A stretch of 59,450 nucleotides of DNA from an uncultured Candidatus Saccharibacteria bacterium. GTDB taxonomy: Bacteria > Patescibacteriota > Minisyncoccia > JBAYJV01. The stretch spans positions 1 to 59,450 of the forward strand of contig CAZNYQ010000004.1 in assembly GCA_964577395.1 (NCBI GenBank), written 5' to 3'. The notes below the pieces were generated by a model. That model did not search any database, had not been told where the DNA came from, and saw only the letters and a program-made list of their open reading frames with translations. Each line of letters begins with the position of its first letter. Position 1 is the first letter of the stretch. Shown piece by piece: positions 37,999-46,990 of the stretch. Both the position numbers and the translations under genes were made by a program.

Positions 37999-38589
37999 TT
38001 AAAGAACAAGTTCAATAAACAATACAAAAGGAGCTATCGTAAAGATTATGAAACTTATAAGAGTTCCTGATACAAAAATATTAATTCTATCATTTAACCA
38101 TGAGGGATTATCTACAGAATAGCTTCTCAAGTCTAAAAAATTTTCTCCCGAGATATCTTCAAAACAGAACAACAATGCCCCACACTGTACAAATGTTGTT
38201 ACAGAAAATACTGCTATGCTTGTTAGTAAAGTCAAGGTAAGACTATTGAAGGGTTGAATCTTGAAGAATGTAACTGCCCCCACAAGAGCACCAAATAAAA
38301 CTCCCATCACCAGCTTTGCTGCATCTTGAGGCTCTTCATCAAAATCATTTTTTTGGTAAAGCAGATAAAACCAACCAAGAAAACCATTGCAAATTCCTAT
38401 TAACAGAAGAATTGTTCCTATAACAATTTTCTCTGTTAAGCTATTCAAATTAGTAAATTCAATCATAAGAGATAGAAATAACGATGCAAATACAAAATAT
38501 AAATTTACCTTCTGAATAATTTTTGAAAAAACTCTTGAAGCTTTGCTAATTTCCTGTCTTCTTTGTGCCTCATTTGGATATGTTTCCAT
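37999..38589 (-). CDS. Hypothetical multi-TM protein
   Basis: About 5 TM helices; TTGACA-17-TAGTAT promoter (38646-38618); AAGGAGG SD; own terminator. Confidence 0.72.
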   Translation of the reverse strand: METYPNEAQRRQEISKASRVFSKIIQKVNLYFVFASLFLSLMIEFTNLNSLTEKIVIGTILLLIGICNGFLGWFYLLYQKNDFDEEPQDAAKLVMGVLFGALVGAVTFFKIQPFNSLTLTLLTSIAVFSVTTFVQCGALLFCFEDISGENFLDLRSYSVDNPSWLNDRINIFVSGTLISFIIFTIAPFVLFIELVL

Positions 38590-38669
38590 ACTTCCTCCTT
38601 AACTTTGAGTTATTTATATACTATTATAAAAATATAGTTTTGTCAACTATATTTCTTTTTTTGTATTTT

Positions 38670-39179
38670 TTAAGTATGCCTATCAGCTACAGTAGAAGCA
38701 CAATAGGATTCTGGTTTATAGCGAGCGATGAAACCATTGCCTTCGATCATGCCCACAATTTCACGAATCATATTTTTAGTAGGACCATCTTTTCCTATAT
38801 CAACATGAATCTCAAAACTATAATCTAATTTTTGTTTAGTAAGTGCTTTCTTTAGTCTAGCAATAAATTGTTGGCCTAAATCTAAGGCCATGGAAGCTTC
38901 TTGATAAATTCTCGGACGGAGTTCTTTACCAACATCTTGATAATGTCTTTGATAAAAATATCGTGCTCCTTTACCTATTCTATGAACCAATATGACGTTT
39001 ACAAAAACAGTCGTTTCTCGATAAAGCTTAGAATCACACCCTACGATAACTGAATATTTATCATTAGGTTCTGCTTCCATGTAATCAACCAAATCATAGA
39101 TAAGAGTATTAAAAGTTAAACAACCTTTTGTAGGGCTGATAAAATCTTTTTTTAATATAGTTGATAATTCTTTCGTCAT
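38670..39179 (-). CDS. Ribonuclease H-like YkuK family protein
   Basis: VIVGCDS, RIYQEA, EIHVDIG..G.T, KPESYCASTVADRH. Confidence 0.85.
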   Translation of the reverse strand: MTKELSTILKKDFISPTKGCLTFNTLIYDLVDYMEAEPNDKYSVIVGCDSKLYRETTVFVNVILVHRIGKGARYFYQRHYQDVGKELRPRIYQEASMALDLGQQFIARLKKALTKQKLDYSFEIHVDIGKDGPTKNMIREIVGMIEGNGFIARYKPESYCASTVADRHT

Positions 39180-39244
39180 ATATTTTTAAGATACCGCATT
39201 TATTAAAAAAAATCAAAAAAAGACTCTTTTTTCTAAAAGAGTCT

Positions 39245-39598
39245 TTAAATAAATATTTGATCTATTAATATATGGTTAAAAAGAGACAGGAAAGAAAAAA
39301 CCCAAAAACTTTTACTTTGAATATTTAGCATTTCTAAATGCGGCAAGATGAGACCAATCAAGGCAGAAATGTAAAAGACAAAACATGTATGGAGATTAAT
39401 CCAATCATTCCTTAGAAATCTTACAATATCCGGTCCTATAAAAGCCAAGAGAAAAAACCAAACAAAAAGATATTTTTCTCTTTTTTCAAAAGCTTGAGTT
39501 TTTTGCCTAATTAAAAACCAAATAATTGCTCCTATTAAAGCCACTCCTGAACTTAAAAAAAGCTCTAATGAACTCTGATTTCCAACTATTTCAATCAT
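39245..39598 (-). CDS. Hypothetical membrane protein immediately downstream of tRNA-Gln
   Basis: 3-4 TM; AAGGAGGT SD; terminator hairpin 39219-39246. Confidence 0.65.
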   Translation of the reverse strand: MIEIVGNQSSLELFLSSGVALIGAIIWFLIRQKTQAFEKREKYLFVWFFLLAFIGPDIVRFLRNDWINLHTCFVFYISALIGLILPHLEMLNIQSKSFWVFSFLSLFNHILIDQIFI

Positions 39599-39616
39599 TT
39601 AAACCTCCTTAATATA

Positions 39617-39687
39617 TTGCCGAGCTAGGATTCGAACCCAGATAACAGCCTCCAGAGGGCTGCGTCCTACCGTTAGACGACTCGGCA
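39617..39687 (-). tRNA. tRNA-Gln (CTG), CCA not encoded
   Basis: TGCCGAG/CTCGGCA acceptor, CAGCC-CTCTGGA-GGCTG anticodon arm, GTTCGAATC T loop. Confidence 0.95.
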
Positions 39688-39694
39688 GAAAAGT

Positions 39695-40321
39695 CTACAT
39701 ATCCTTAAAAGTATCTATAAGCTTTTCATGAGGTAGCTGCATTAAAGCTTTGACAAAATTATCATACATATCAAGTCGGTAATCAAATTCTTGCTGATTC
39801 ATAACGGCATATTTAATTTCATGACCTAATTCTGCTTCAACGTTTTTAATAACTCGTACTAAATTAATTCTTTTAATATCATCTGATACAACCAAAAGAT
39901 CAACACGCGCATTATCGACATTCATAAAAACTCCTGTTATAAGAGCAAGCTTAATTCTACCAGCTTTTTTAAGTTCATGAATAAGTTTGTCTTTGACTTC
40001 AGGAGTTGATTTAAGAATCAAAGATTTCAATTCATTATAAAATTGAAAAAGTGGGTTAGCTTGATAGACTCTTCTTTCTCTCCCTATTTTCTTGTTTTTT
40101 TCTTCATCTTTATCTTCAACTCCTAGACGAGTTAATTTAGAAGAAAGTAGATTAATCTTCCTTAATTTTCTTAATTGGTATCTAGTAGAGCTAGGATCCG
40201 AATGAATCCTTTTGATTACCTCATCTAATGTAAATCCTTGTTGAGGATTTCTTAAAAAAAGCCTTAAAAGCTTAACTTTAATTTTAGAGTCAAAAAGACC
40301 TTCTAAGATACTATCATTCAT
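39695..40321 (-). CDS. Winged-HTH protein fused to a degenerate nucleotidyltransferase-like domain
   Basis: LFDSKIKVKLLRLF wHTH start; TGVF...RVDLLVV resembles the minimal NTase GS..DxD motif. Confidence 0.7.
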   Translation of the reverse strand: MNDSILEGLFDSKIKVKLLRLFLRNPQQGFTLDEVIKRIHSDPSSTRYQLRKLRKINLLSSKLTRLGVEDKDEEKNKKIGRERRVYQANPLFQFYNELKSLILKSTPEVKDKLIHELKKAGRIKLALITGVFMNVDNARVDLLVVSDDIKRINLVRVIKNVEAELGHEIKYAVMNQQEFDYRLDMYDNFVKALMQLPHEKLIDTFKDM

Positions 40322-40339
40322 ATTTTTAATTTAAATATT

Positions 40340-40394
40340 TTAAAGTTAATTTTTAACTTTAAACAATTCTACACCTTTAAAAAATCTTTGTCAA
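40340..40394 (-). promoter_or_regulatory. sigma70 promoter with a palindromic operator-like site over the predicted start point
   Basis: TTGACA (40394-89), 17-nt spacer, TAGAAT (40371-66); TTAAAGTTAA-ttt-TTAACTTTAA at 40340-40362. Confidence 0.6.
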
Positions 40395-40447
40395 AAAAAA
40401 TAGATATTTTTTATACTTTTTAAAAACCTGTGATATAATAATTATGT

Positions 40448-42352
40448 ATGAGTAAATTATTCCCCCAAACATCTGAAATTATTTTCAACAATCCCACTAA
40501 CCCTCTTAGCTTCTGTGAATCTTTTGTCTATGAACCGAGTAATATAGAAGAGGAAAATTTAGGATATCTATATATTGTTGGTCAAGTTATTACTTATCAA
40601 CAGAATAGATCTCAAGCTGCTTATCTTTTAAATTTAATCGCAACCGAAACTTCCCGTAATTTCTTTAAAAAAATAAAAAAATCTCCTAAAGAAGCTTTAG
40701 AAAATACCTTGACTCACATTAATCAGATTATTAATAAATCAGCGCAAGATAACAAATTAAGCTGGCTAAAAGATATTAATTTAACTGTCCTACTTTTTAA
40801 TCCTAAAAATCAGCTATTATCTTTCTCCTCTACTGGAAAAATAGAACTTCTTCTTTGGAGAAAAGGAAAATTAGTGGATATTGGAAAAGATTTTACATCT
40901 GAATTTTCTCAAACAGAACAAGCTAAGCTGTTCGAAAATGTAGCTAATGGAAGGATGAATCCTCAAGACCGTCTTTTAGTAAGCGCTCCTCCTTTATCAG
41001 ATATGCTTAGCTTACAAAAAATTAAAAACGCTCTTGATAAATCACAATATCAACCTAATTCAGCTTTTAAAAATATTTTAAATATTAAAGAAGACAATGA
41101 TTTGGCTTTAGTTTTTTTAACAACTTCTTCTCAACCGACTAAAGCCGACCCTAGAGAAAAAACAAAACCTGAAGATGAAAAAACTTCTCAACCAATTAAT
41201 GAAATTTCAATTAAAGAAAAAAGCAAGAAAAATCTTCAATTAAATCAATATGTATTAAAAATTAAAAACATTTCTCTTAAGATTTTTAAAGTCTTACGTA
41301 AAGTAAGTCTAGCAACTTTCCAAATCTCGAAACAATCATTTGATAAAATTAATAAAGAAAAATTACTTGCTTTAAAAAATCTTAAAAACAAAGATAAAAA
41401 AATTAATAGAAAAGATCTTTTAGTAAAAATTAAAAGAATATTTAAAAAAATTCCTAAAAAATATCTATATATCCTTGTAGGCATTCTTTTATTAGCCTTA
41501 TTGCTAACCTTTCTTCTATCTTGGGATCAAAAATCAATTGAAGAAATACCCGAAACTTTTTCAACAACAGATCAAATTGTTAAAGAACCACTTCAGTTAG
41601 TTGACCTCAAGAAAAGAACCCTTTCCTTTAACGGAAAAAATATGTTTGCTCAAGAAGGTAATTTAATATTTTTTGATGAAACTTCTTTATTCAAGTTTAA
41701 TTTAGCACAAAAAACAGGCACTTTTATCTTTCCTCCGCTTGAAAAAGACGAAAAACTTCTTTATCAAGCAGCTTTAGAAGATAATTTTGTTTATATATCT
41801 TCTAATCAAAGAATCGCTATTTTTGACCCGGTTGAAGAAACATTTAATCTAGAAAAGCTCACTGGCATAGAAGAAGAAAAGATTTTAGACTTAGCTACTT
41901 ATGGTAATAATATATATTTACTTTGTAAAAGCGGTAAAATTTTTAAATATGCTAACTTAAACTTTTCTCAAGCCATAACTTGGCTTGAGAAACATGAAGA
42001 TTTTGGCGAACAATTTATTTCTTTTGCAATTGATGGTTCTATATATATCCTTGAAAAAGGAGGTTTAATATATAAATATATGCGAGGAGAACAGGTAGAG
42101 GATTTTCTAATTACGATTAAGGGAGAGATAAAACAAAGCGATAAAATTATTACTTCACCAGATTTTAAAAATATATATATTATGGCAAGTTTTCAAAATA
42201 AAATACATATTTTTAATAGAGAAACCCAAATTCTTATAAAATCACTAACGAACCCAGAATGGCAGAATATGACTAATATATATATAGATAAAGACGAAAA
42301 AAATATTTATCTCTTAGCTGATTCTAAAACATATAAAATAAAAATACCTTAA
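40448..42352 (+). CDS. Membrane-anchored protein: N-terminal phosphatase-like (PP2C-like) fold, central TM, C-terminal beta-propeller-like repeats
   Basis: One central TM; repeated FAIDGSIYIL / IYIDKDEKNIYLL-type strands; fold calls are tentative. Confidence 0.55.
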   Translation: MSKLFPQTSEIIFNNPTNPLSFCESFVYEPSNIEEENLGYLYIVGQVITYQQNRSQAAYLLNLIATETSRNFFKKIKKSPKEALENTLTHINQIINKSAQDNKLSWLKDINLTVLLFNPKNQLLSFSSTGKIELLLWRKGKLVDIGKDFTSEFSQTEQAKLFENVANGRMNPQDRLLVSAPPLSDMLSLQKIKNALDKSQYQPNSAFKNILNIKEDNDLALVFLTTSSQPTKADPREKTKPEDEKTSQPINEISIKEKSKKNLQLNQYVLKIKNISLKIFKVLRKVSLATFQISKQSFDKINKEKLLALKNLKNKDKKINRKDLLVKIKRIFKKIPKKYLYILVGILLLALLLTFLLSWDQKSIEEIPETFSTTDQIVKEPLQLVDLKKRTLSFNGKNMFAQEGNLIFFDETSLFKFNLAQKTGTFIFPPLEKDEKLLYQAALEDNFVYISSNQRIAIFDPVEETFNLEKLTGIEEEKILDLATYGNNIYLLCKSGKIFKYANLNFSQAITWLEKHEDFGEQFISFAIDGSIYILEKGGLIYKYMRGEQVEDFLITIKGEIKQSDKIITSPDFKNIYIMASFQNKIHIFNRETQILIKSLTNPEWQNMTNIYIDKDEKNIYLLADSKTYKIKIP

Positions 42353-42368
42353 TTTAAAAATATTTACT

Positions 42369-42404
42369 AAAAAAGGACGGTAGAAAATATAACCGTCCTT
42401 TTTT
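42369..42404. terminator. Bidirectional terminator
   Basis: AAAAAAGGACGGT/ACCGTCCTTTTTT between convergent genes. Confidence 0.78.
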
Positions 42405-42420
42405 AATATTTTCCTTAATT

Positions 42421-42876
42421 TTATTTCATTTTAACCGTTGCACCAGCTTCTTCAAGCTTCTTCTTGATTTCTTCCGCTTCTTCAGGATTAAGGCTATCTT
42501 TAACGGTCTGAGGAGCTCCATCAACTAATTCTTTTGCTTCTTTAAGACCTTTGCCTGTAATTTCTTTAATAGCTTTAATAACCTGTATTTTAGAAGCACC
42601 AGCACTCTCCAGTACTAGATCAACAGTGGACTTTTCTTCTGCCTGACCATTGCCATTTTGAGCGCCTACGCCAGCAGCGGGTGCTACTGCCATAGCTCCA
42701 GAAACTCCAAATTTATCCTCTAAAACCTTAACTAATTCAGAGAGCTCTAAAACACTCATTTTTTCAATTTGCTCAACAAGTTCCTTAAATTTACTGGGAA
42801 CTGTTACTTTTTTTTCTTCTTTCTTATCTTCTGCTTGAGGAGCTTCTTTTTTAGAAGTATCTTTTTTGTCAGCCAT
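42421..42876 (-). CDS. rplL: 50S ribosomal protein L7/L12
   Basis: [46 protein letters not shown]. Confidence 0.97.
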   Translation of the reverse strand: MADKKDTSKKEAPQAEDKKEEKKVTVPSKFKELVEQIEKMSVLELSELVKVLEDKFGVSGAMAVAPAAGVGAQNGNGQAEEKSTVDLVLESAGASKIQVIKAIKEITGKGLKEAKELVDGAPQTVKDSLNPEEAEEIKKKLEEAGATVKMK

Positions 42877-42906
42877 GTTTTAAATATATTTTAACAAATT
42901 AATAAA

Positions 42907-43431
42907 TTATTCTTTTGATTGTTTAATTGCGTTAAGAGTCATTACTAATTTACGTTGATTGCCAGATAAAACATTCACTAAACCAGTTAAGCTGCCCTGT
43001 AACGCGCCGACCAATCGGGCTCTTAACATTTCTATGCTTGGTAAATTAGCTAATTCAATAATTTTATCTTTAGAAAAAAACTTGCCCTCTAGAAAACCAC
43101 CAAGAATAAGATTCTCTTTATCATGATCTTGAGCAAATTTATGAACACTTTTAGCAAGCGCTATGCCATCATCACCCCAAGATAAAGCTAATTGACCTTC
43201 TGTGTTTTTAATATCAGCTCCTTCTAGGTTAGCTGTATGAAGAGCTTTATCTATAAGGCGTTTTTTAACAGCTTTATGCTCCATCTTTTGTTCAACTAAA
43301 GCCATCCTTAATTCATTATCTTCTTTTGATTTCAATCCTTTAAAATTAGTCACCAAAAAAGTAGGTTTTTCTTTCATTCTAGTAGCTAATTCTTTAGTAA
43401 GCTGTATTTTATCTTCTTTTTTTAATTTCAT
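42907..43431 (-). CDS. rplJ: 50S ribosomal protein L10
   Basis: FKGL, LILGGFLEG, LANLPS.EMLRARLVG; upstream of rplL. Confidence 0.94.
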   Translation of the reverse strand: MKLKKEDKIQLTKELATRMKEKPTFLVTNFKGLKSKEDNELRMALVEQKMEHKAVKKRLIDKALHTANLEGADIKNTEGQLALSWGDDGIALAKSVHKFAQDHDKENLILGGFLEGKFFSKDKIIELANLPSIEMLRARLVGALQGSLTGLVNVLSGNQRKLVMTLNAIKQSKE

Positions 43432-43458
43432 AAATTTAAATTAAATTTAAAATGCGGT

Positions 43459-43537
43459 CCAAAGACCGCCAAAAGAAGAAAGAAACATCTTTTTCCTGCG
43501 TTGGATATTTAAGCTTTAAGCCCCAAACGGTCTTTGG
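43459..43537 (-). promoter_or_regulatory. L10 leader-like autoregulatory RNA
   Basis: CCAAAGACCG/CGGTCTTTGG closing helix with an AGACCG-UUUGG...UUAAA...CCAAC-GCAG core directly upstream of rplJ. Confidence 0.75.
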
Positions 43538-43751
43538 AAATATATATAATTTTAGTTATTTACTTTTTTAATTCTTTAATGTTCTTAGCTAAACTACCAT
43601 ATTACTTATCAATAATATCCACTTTTTTATCAAAATATTCTGTTAAAATATTTAAATATTCTTTTATATCTTTTTTAGTAATTTCTATAGTAAAAATAGA
43701 TATTTTTAAGCTAAGTATACTTATTATAAACAGAAATAGGTACTTGTCAAA

Positions 43752-45161
43752 TTAAAATTCAAAAATCTTATCAGTTAAAATAGTTTCATTAATATTTTCT
43801 TTTAATCCATTTTCTCCAATGAACTCTATTTTAACGGGCAAGGCACCAATACCAGCTTGCCTCTGGATAAGAAGTTTATAAGGCTTCTTTTCTATATGTT
43901 GAGGTAGGGTGTAGTCTAAAACTACTTGATGGTGGTTACCAACTGGAACCTTTACTAAACCAGCCATAATAGTTTTATTAAATTCTTCTCCGTATTGCGG
44001 TTCAGTGCTTAATCCTTTAATATTATTAAACCAACTACCTTGCGGAACATAAACTCGTAACCAGTCATTATAATCTCGCGTTAACCAGCTTTTCTCTTGA
44101 GCAGTATGGTGATAATTAATAATTAATTTAGCCGTAGGCATTTCTTGAGAAAAATCAATGAAATAATTTAAATTACGTCTAATAAAATAATCAGCTTTAA
44201 AAGAATTAACGTTTGAGTCAACAACCATAAAGCAGTCTTGTTCAAAATTCCTTATCCTACCATCCCAATTCATTTTTTGAATATTCTTTTGAAGTCCATT
44301 GTCTTTAAAATACAATAGAATATCCTTTTGATTAAGATGTTCTTGTGCTAAATCAAGCATACCAAATAATTGAAAAGGATTTTCTTGAATAACTTTTTCA
44401 ATTAAAATTTGTGCAATATCTTTTAAGATATTCTTTCTATCAAAACGTTGAATGCCTTGCTTGCGATAATCAATTTCAATATGTTGTTCTAATGTTAAAA
44501 GAAAATTATCTTTATGGATTACTAAATCATATTCAGGTAAATCCAAAGGACCATAAATTTCTAAAAGTGATTCTAAAACTGCCGGTGTAATGGCAATAAC
44601 ACCATCAAAGGTTTCTTGACCTCCCTGCAAATTATATAATTCAATCATTTTATTGGCTGATGTTGGAAAATCAGGCGACCAATTTCCGTCTCTAAATTGC
44701 CAGTTTTCAACCCAAAGGTATTTATTAATAGGCATAGGAGGGGCTATATTTGTAGGTTGAGACAATTCAAGGTCAAAGAAAGCTGTGTCATAGAATTCAA
44801 ATTCTTCTAATTGGGCTTTAGTAACTTTGACAGTGGCAAAACTTGAAATAAATCCCCCAGTCGGTCTTAATTCTAAATTATTTTGAAAAAGCACTAAATA
44901 GCTCATTTCTTTATCAAAGCCAGCTATCTTTCTTGCTAAATTTAATAAATTAACTTCGTTGTTTATCTGGTCATTATCTTCTAAGGTTTTCTCTGAATTT
45001 TGATTTTCTAAATATTTAATTTTAAGCTCTTTCCCTTGATAATTTCTTTGAAATATTAAAAAACCAACTCCTATAATTATAAGGCCTAAAATAATGATTA
45101 AAGTTATTAAATATGTTTTATTCATATTCAAAATTTTAATAAATTTTACCCTATTTGTCAA
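43752..45161 (-). CDS. DUF4012-like membrane-anchored extracellular protein
   Basis: YLVLFQNNLELRPTGGFI, RDGNWSPDFP, DGVIA, VDSNVNSFKAD. Confidence 0.85.
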   Translation of the reverse strand: MTNRVKFIKILNMNKTYLITLIIILGLIIIGVGFLIFQRNYQGKELKIKYLENQNSEKTLEDNDQINNEVNLLNLARKIAGFDKEMSYLVLFQNNLELRPTGGFISSFATVKVTKAQLEEFEFYDTAFFDLELSQPTNIAPPMPINKYLWVENWQFRDGNWSPDFPTSANKMIELYNLQGGQETFDGVIAITPAVLESLLEIYGPLDLPEYDLVIHKDNFLLTLEQHIEIDYRKQGIQRFDRKNILKDIAQILIEKVIQENPFQLFGMLDLAQEHLNQKDILLYFKDNGLQKNIQKMNWDGRIRNFEQDCFMVVDSNVNSFKADYFIRRNLNYFIDFSQEMPTAKLIINYHHTAQEKSWLTRDYNDWLRVYVPQGSWFNNIKGLSTEPQYGEEFNKTIMAGLVKVPVGNHHQVVLDYTLPQHIEKKPYKLLIQRQAGIGALPVKIEFIGENGLKENINETILTDKIFEF

Positions 45162-45191
45162 TAAAAAGCCGCAGAAATACTGCGGCTTAAA

Positions 45192-45428
45192 CTATGATTT
45201 TACGTTGAAAAGTTCCTCCTTATCCTTTTGTGAGATAAACTGCTGAAGTTTTTTAAGCAATTCTTTGTCATGATAATATCCCATAGGAGAAAAAAAACAA
45301 TCAAGAGCTATTTTCACTACTTCTTTAGTAGGTATTTCCAAGATAAAAGCTAGGCGATCTATCTTAGCTTTTTGTTCGCTAGAAATTAAAACTCTTAACC
45401 CTTCAACCTTAGTACTATTTTCTGACAT
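45192..45428 (-). CDS. Small ribbon-helix-helix-like DNA-binding protein
   Basis: GLRVLIS strand plus two helices; TTGACA-17-TAATAT promoter (45490-45462), AAAGGAGG SD, hairpin near 45165-45188. Confidence 0.55.
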   Translation of the reverse strand: MSENSTKVEGLRVLISSEQKAKIDRLAFILEIPTKEVVKIALDCFFSPMGYYHDKELLKKLQQFISQKDKEELFNVKS

Positions 45429-45572
45429 TTTTCCTCCTTTTAAGCAATCTTGATTATTCTCATATTATCATTTAAACAATAAATTGTCAACTATTAATTG
45501 GTAGGAAAGACCTTTTTTGTTTTTTAAGATAAAATAAAGTATAATGATATATTAAATTAATTTAAAAAAATT

Positions 45573-46115
45573 ATGTTAAAAAATATCTTTTTTCTAATTA
45601 TTGGATTTTTAATAGGTGTTTTTATAGTCTCTAGCTTGTCTTGGAGAGATATTCAATGGGATAACCTTAAAGACAATCCTTGGCAAGAAATTATGAGATT
45701 GCGAGCTATTATTTCAGAGAAAACACCCGAAGATACTCATTCAGCTTACGTTACAAAAATAGTTGATGGAGATACTGTTATTATAGAAGGAGGCAAACAA
45801 GTAAGATTATTAGGAGTTGATGCTGCTGAAAAAGGAGAAACTTGCTATCAAGAAGCTAAAGATTATTTAGAAGACCTTGTTTTAAAAAAAGAAGTAACTT
45901 TAATCTCTGACGCTAATGATAAGGATCAGTACGGTAGGTTATTGCGTTATTTACAAATTGACGGTAAGAATATTAATATTGCTTTAGCAAAGCAAGGGAT
46001 GGTTTCGCTTCTTCTAATGCCAGAAGTAACAATTTATAGAGCAGATTTAGTAGTTGCCGAACAATATGCTAAAAATAATAAATTAGGTTGTCTTTGGGAA
46101 GAGACAGAAGAATAG
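45573..46115 (+). CDS. Thermonuclease (SNase-like) family protein
   Basis: IVDGDT, VRLLGVDA.E, DQYGRLLRY, N-terminal TM. Confidence 0.92.
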   Translation: MLKNIFFLIIGFLIGVFIVSSLSWRDIQWDNLKDNPWQEIMRLRAIISEKTPEDTHSAYVTKIVDGDTVIIEGGKQVRLLGVDAAEKGETCYQEAKDYLEDLVLKKEVTLISDANDKDQYGRLLRYLQIDGKNINIALAKQGMVSLLLMPEVTIYRADLVVAEQYAKNNKLGCLWEETEE

Positions 46116-46177
46116 AAATTATTAATTATTATTTAAATAAAAAAAGCGCAGATATTCTGTTATCTGCGCTTATTTCT

Positions 46178-46705
46178 TTATATGTTAAATTCTGCATTGG
46201 CTTCTCTATAAAAAGCCAATATAATTCTTAAGGCTTCTTTATTTAAATCATTCGTTCTTAAGGTTGCTAAAGAGTTTAACATTCCAGCAGCATTTTCTTG
46301 TCCTATTTTTGAAATAATCTCTTTAATAACCGCTACCTTTAATTCTATAATATCCATATCCTTATGTTCTTCCATGTTTTGAATAATGCTTTCTTCGCTA
46401 AAAGGCCATTTATAAAAAGCTGCATGGTAAAAAGGCGCAATAGCAAAGAAGAGAAGGTTAAAAACTATCGAAAGTTTTACCGATACCATAATTCTCTCAA
46501 TGTCTGAAACATAAAGATAAACCTTAAGGTTTTTACGCACAAAATCTTCATATATCCTAGGAAAAGCTTCCTTAAAATTATCAATAAAAATGAGGAGAGA
46601 AGCTTTATCGCTCATCACCTTATCAAAATAGTCTATATCATTTTGATCTATAGAAAGAACTTCTAAAGATTTTTTCAATTTTCCTGTTGGTTCTTTTGAA
46701 GACAT
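46178..46705 (-). CDS. Hypothetical protein
   Basis: 175-aa ORF, AAGGAGGG SD, hairpin AGCGCAGATA/TATCTGCGCT just downstream. Confidence 0.7.
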   Translation of the reverse strand: MSSKEPTGKLKKSLEVLSIDQNDIDYFDKVMSDKASLLIFIDNFKEAFPRIYEDFVRKNLKVYLYVSDIERIMVSVKLSIVFNLLFFAIAPFYHAAFYKWPFSEESIIQNMEEHKDMDIIELKVAVIKEIISKIGQENAAGMLNSLATLRTNDLNKEALRIILAFYREANAEFNI

Positions 46706-46990
46706 CGGCCCTCCTTACCCTATATTTCTAAGGTTCAAGACTTTCATAAACAGCCAAAATAGTTGCTAACACCAAGGTCTCTAGATCTTTATTATTAATC
46801 TTAACCAAGACAAGAAATATCTTTATCTTGTCATATAATTCTTTCTCTGATTTTGTAACTTCGTTTAATCTTCTAAACGAATCGTTATCATATGTATTTC
46901 TCCTTTGTCATAATTAACCTTGTTCTATCATATTTAAGCGAAAAAAACAAGTTTTTTGGTTTAAAAAGTTAACTATGGTAAAATATAAGT

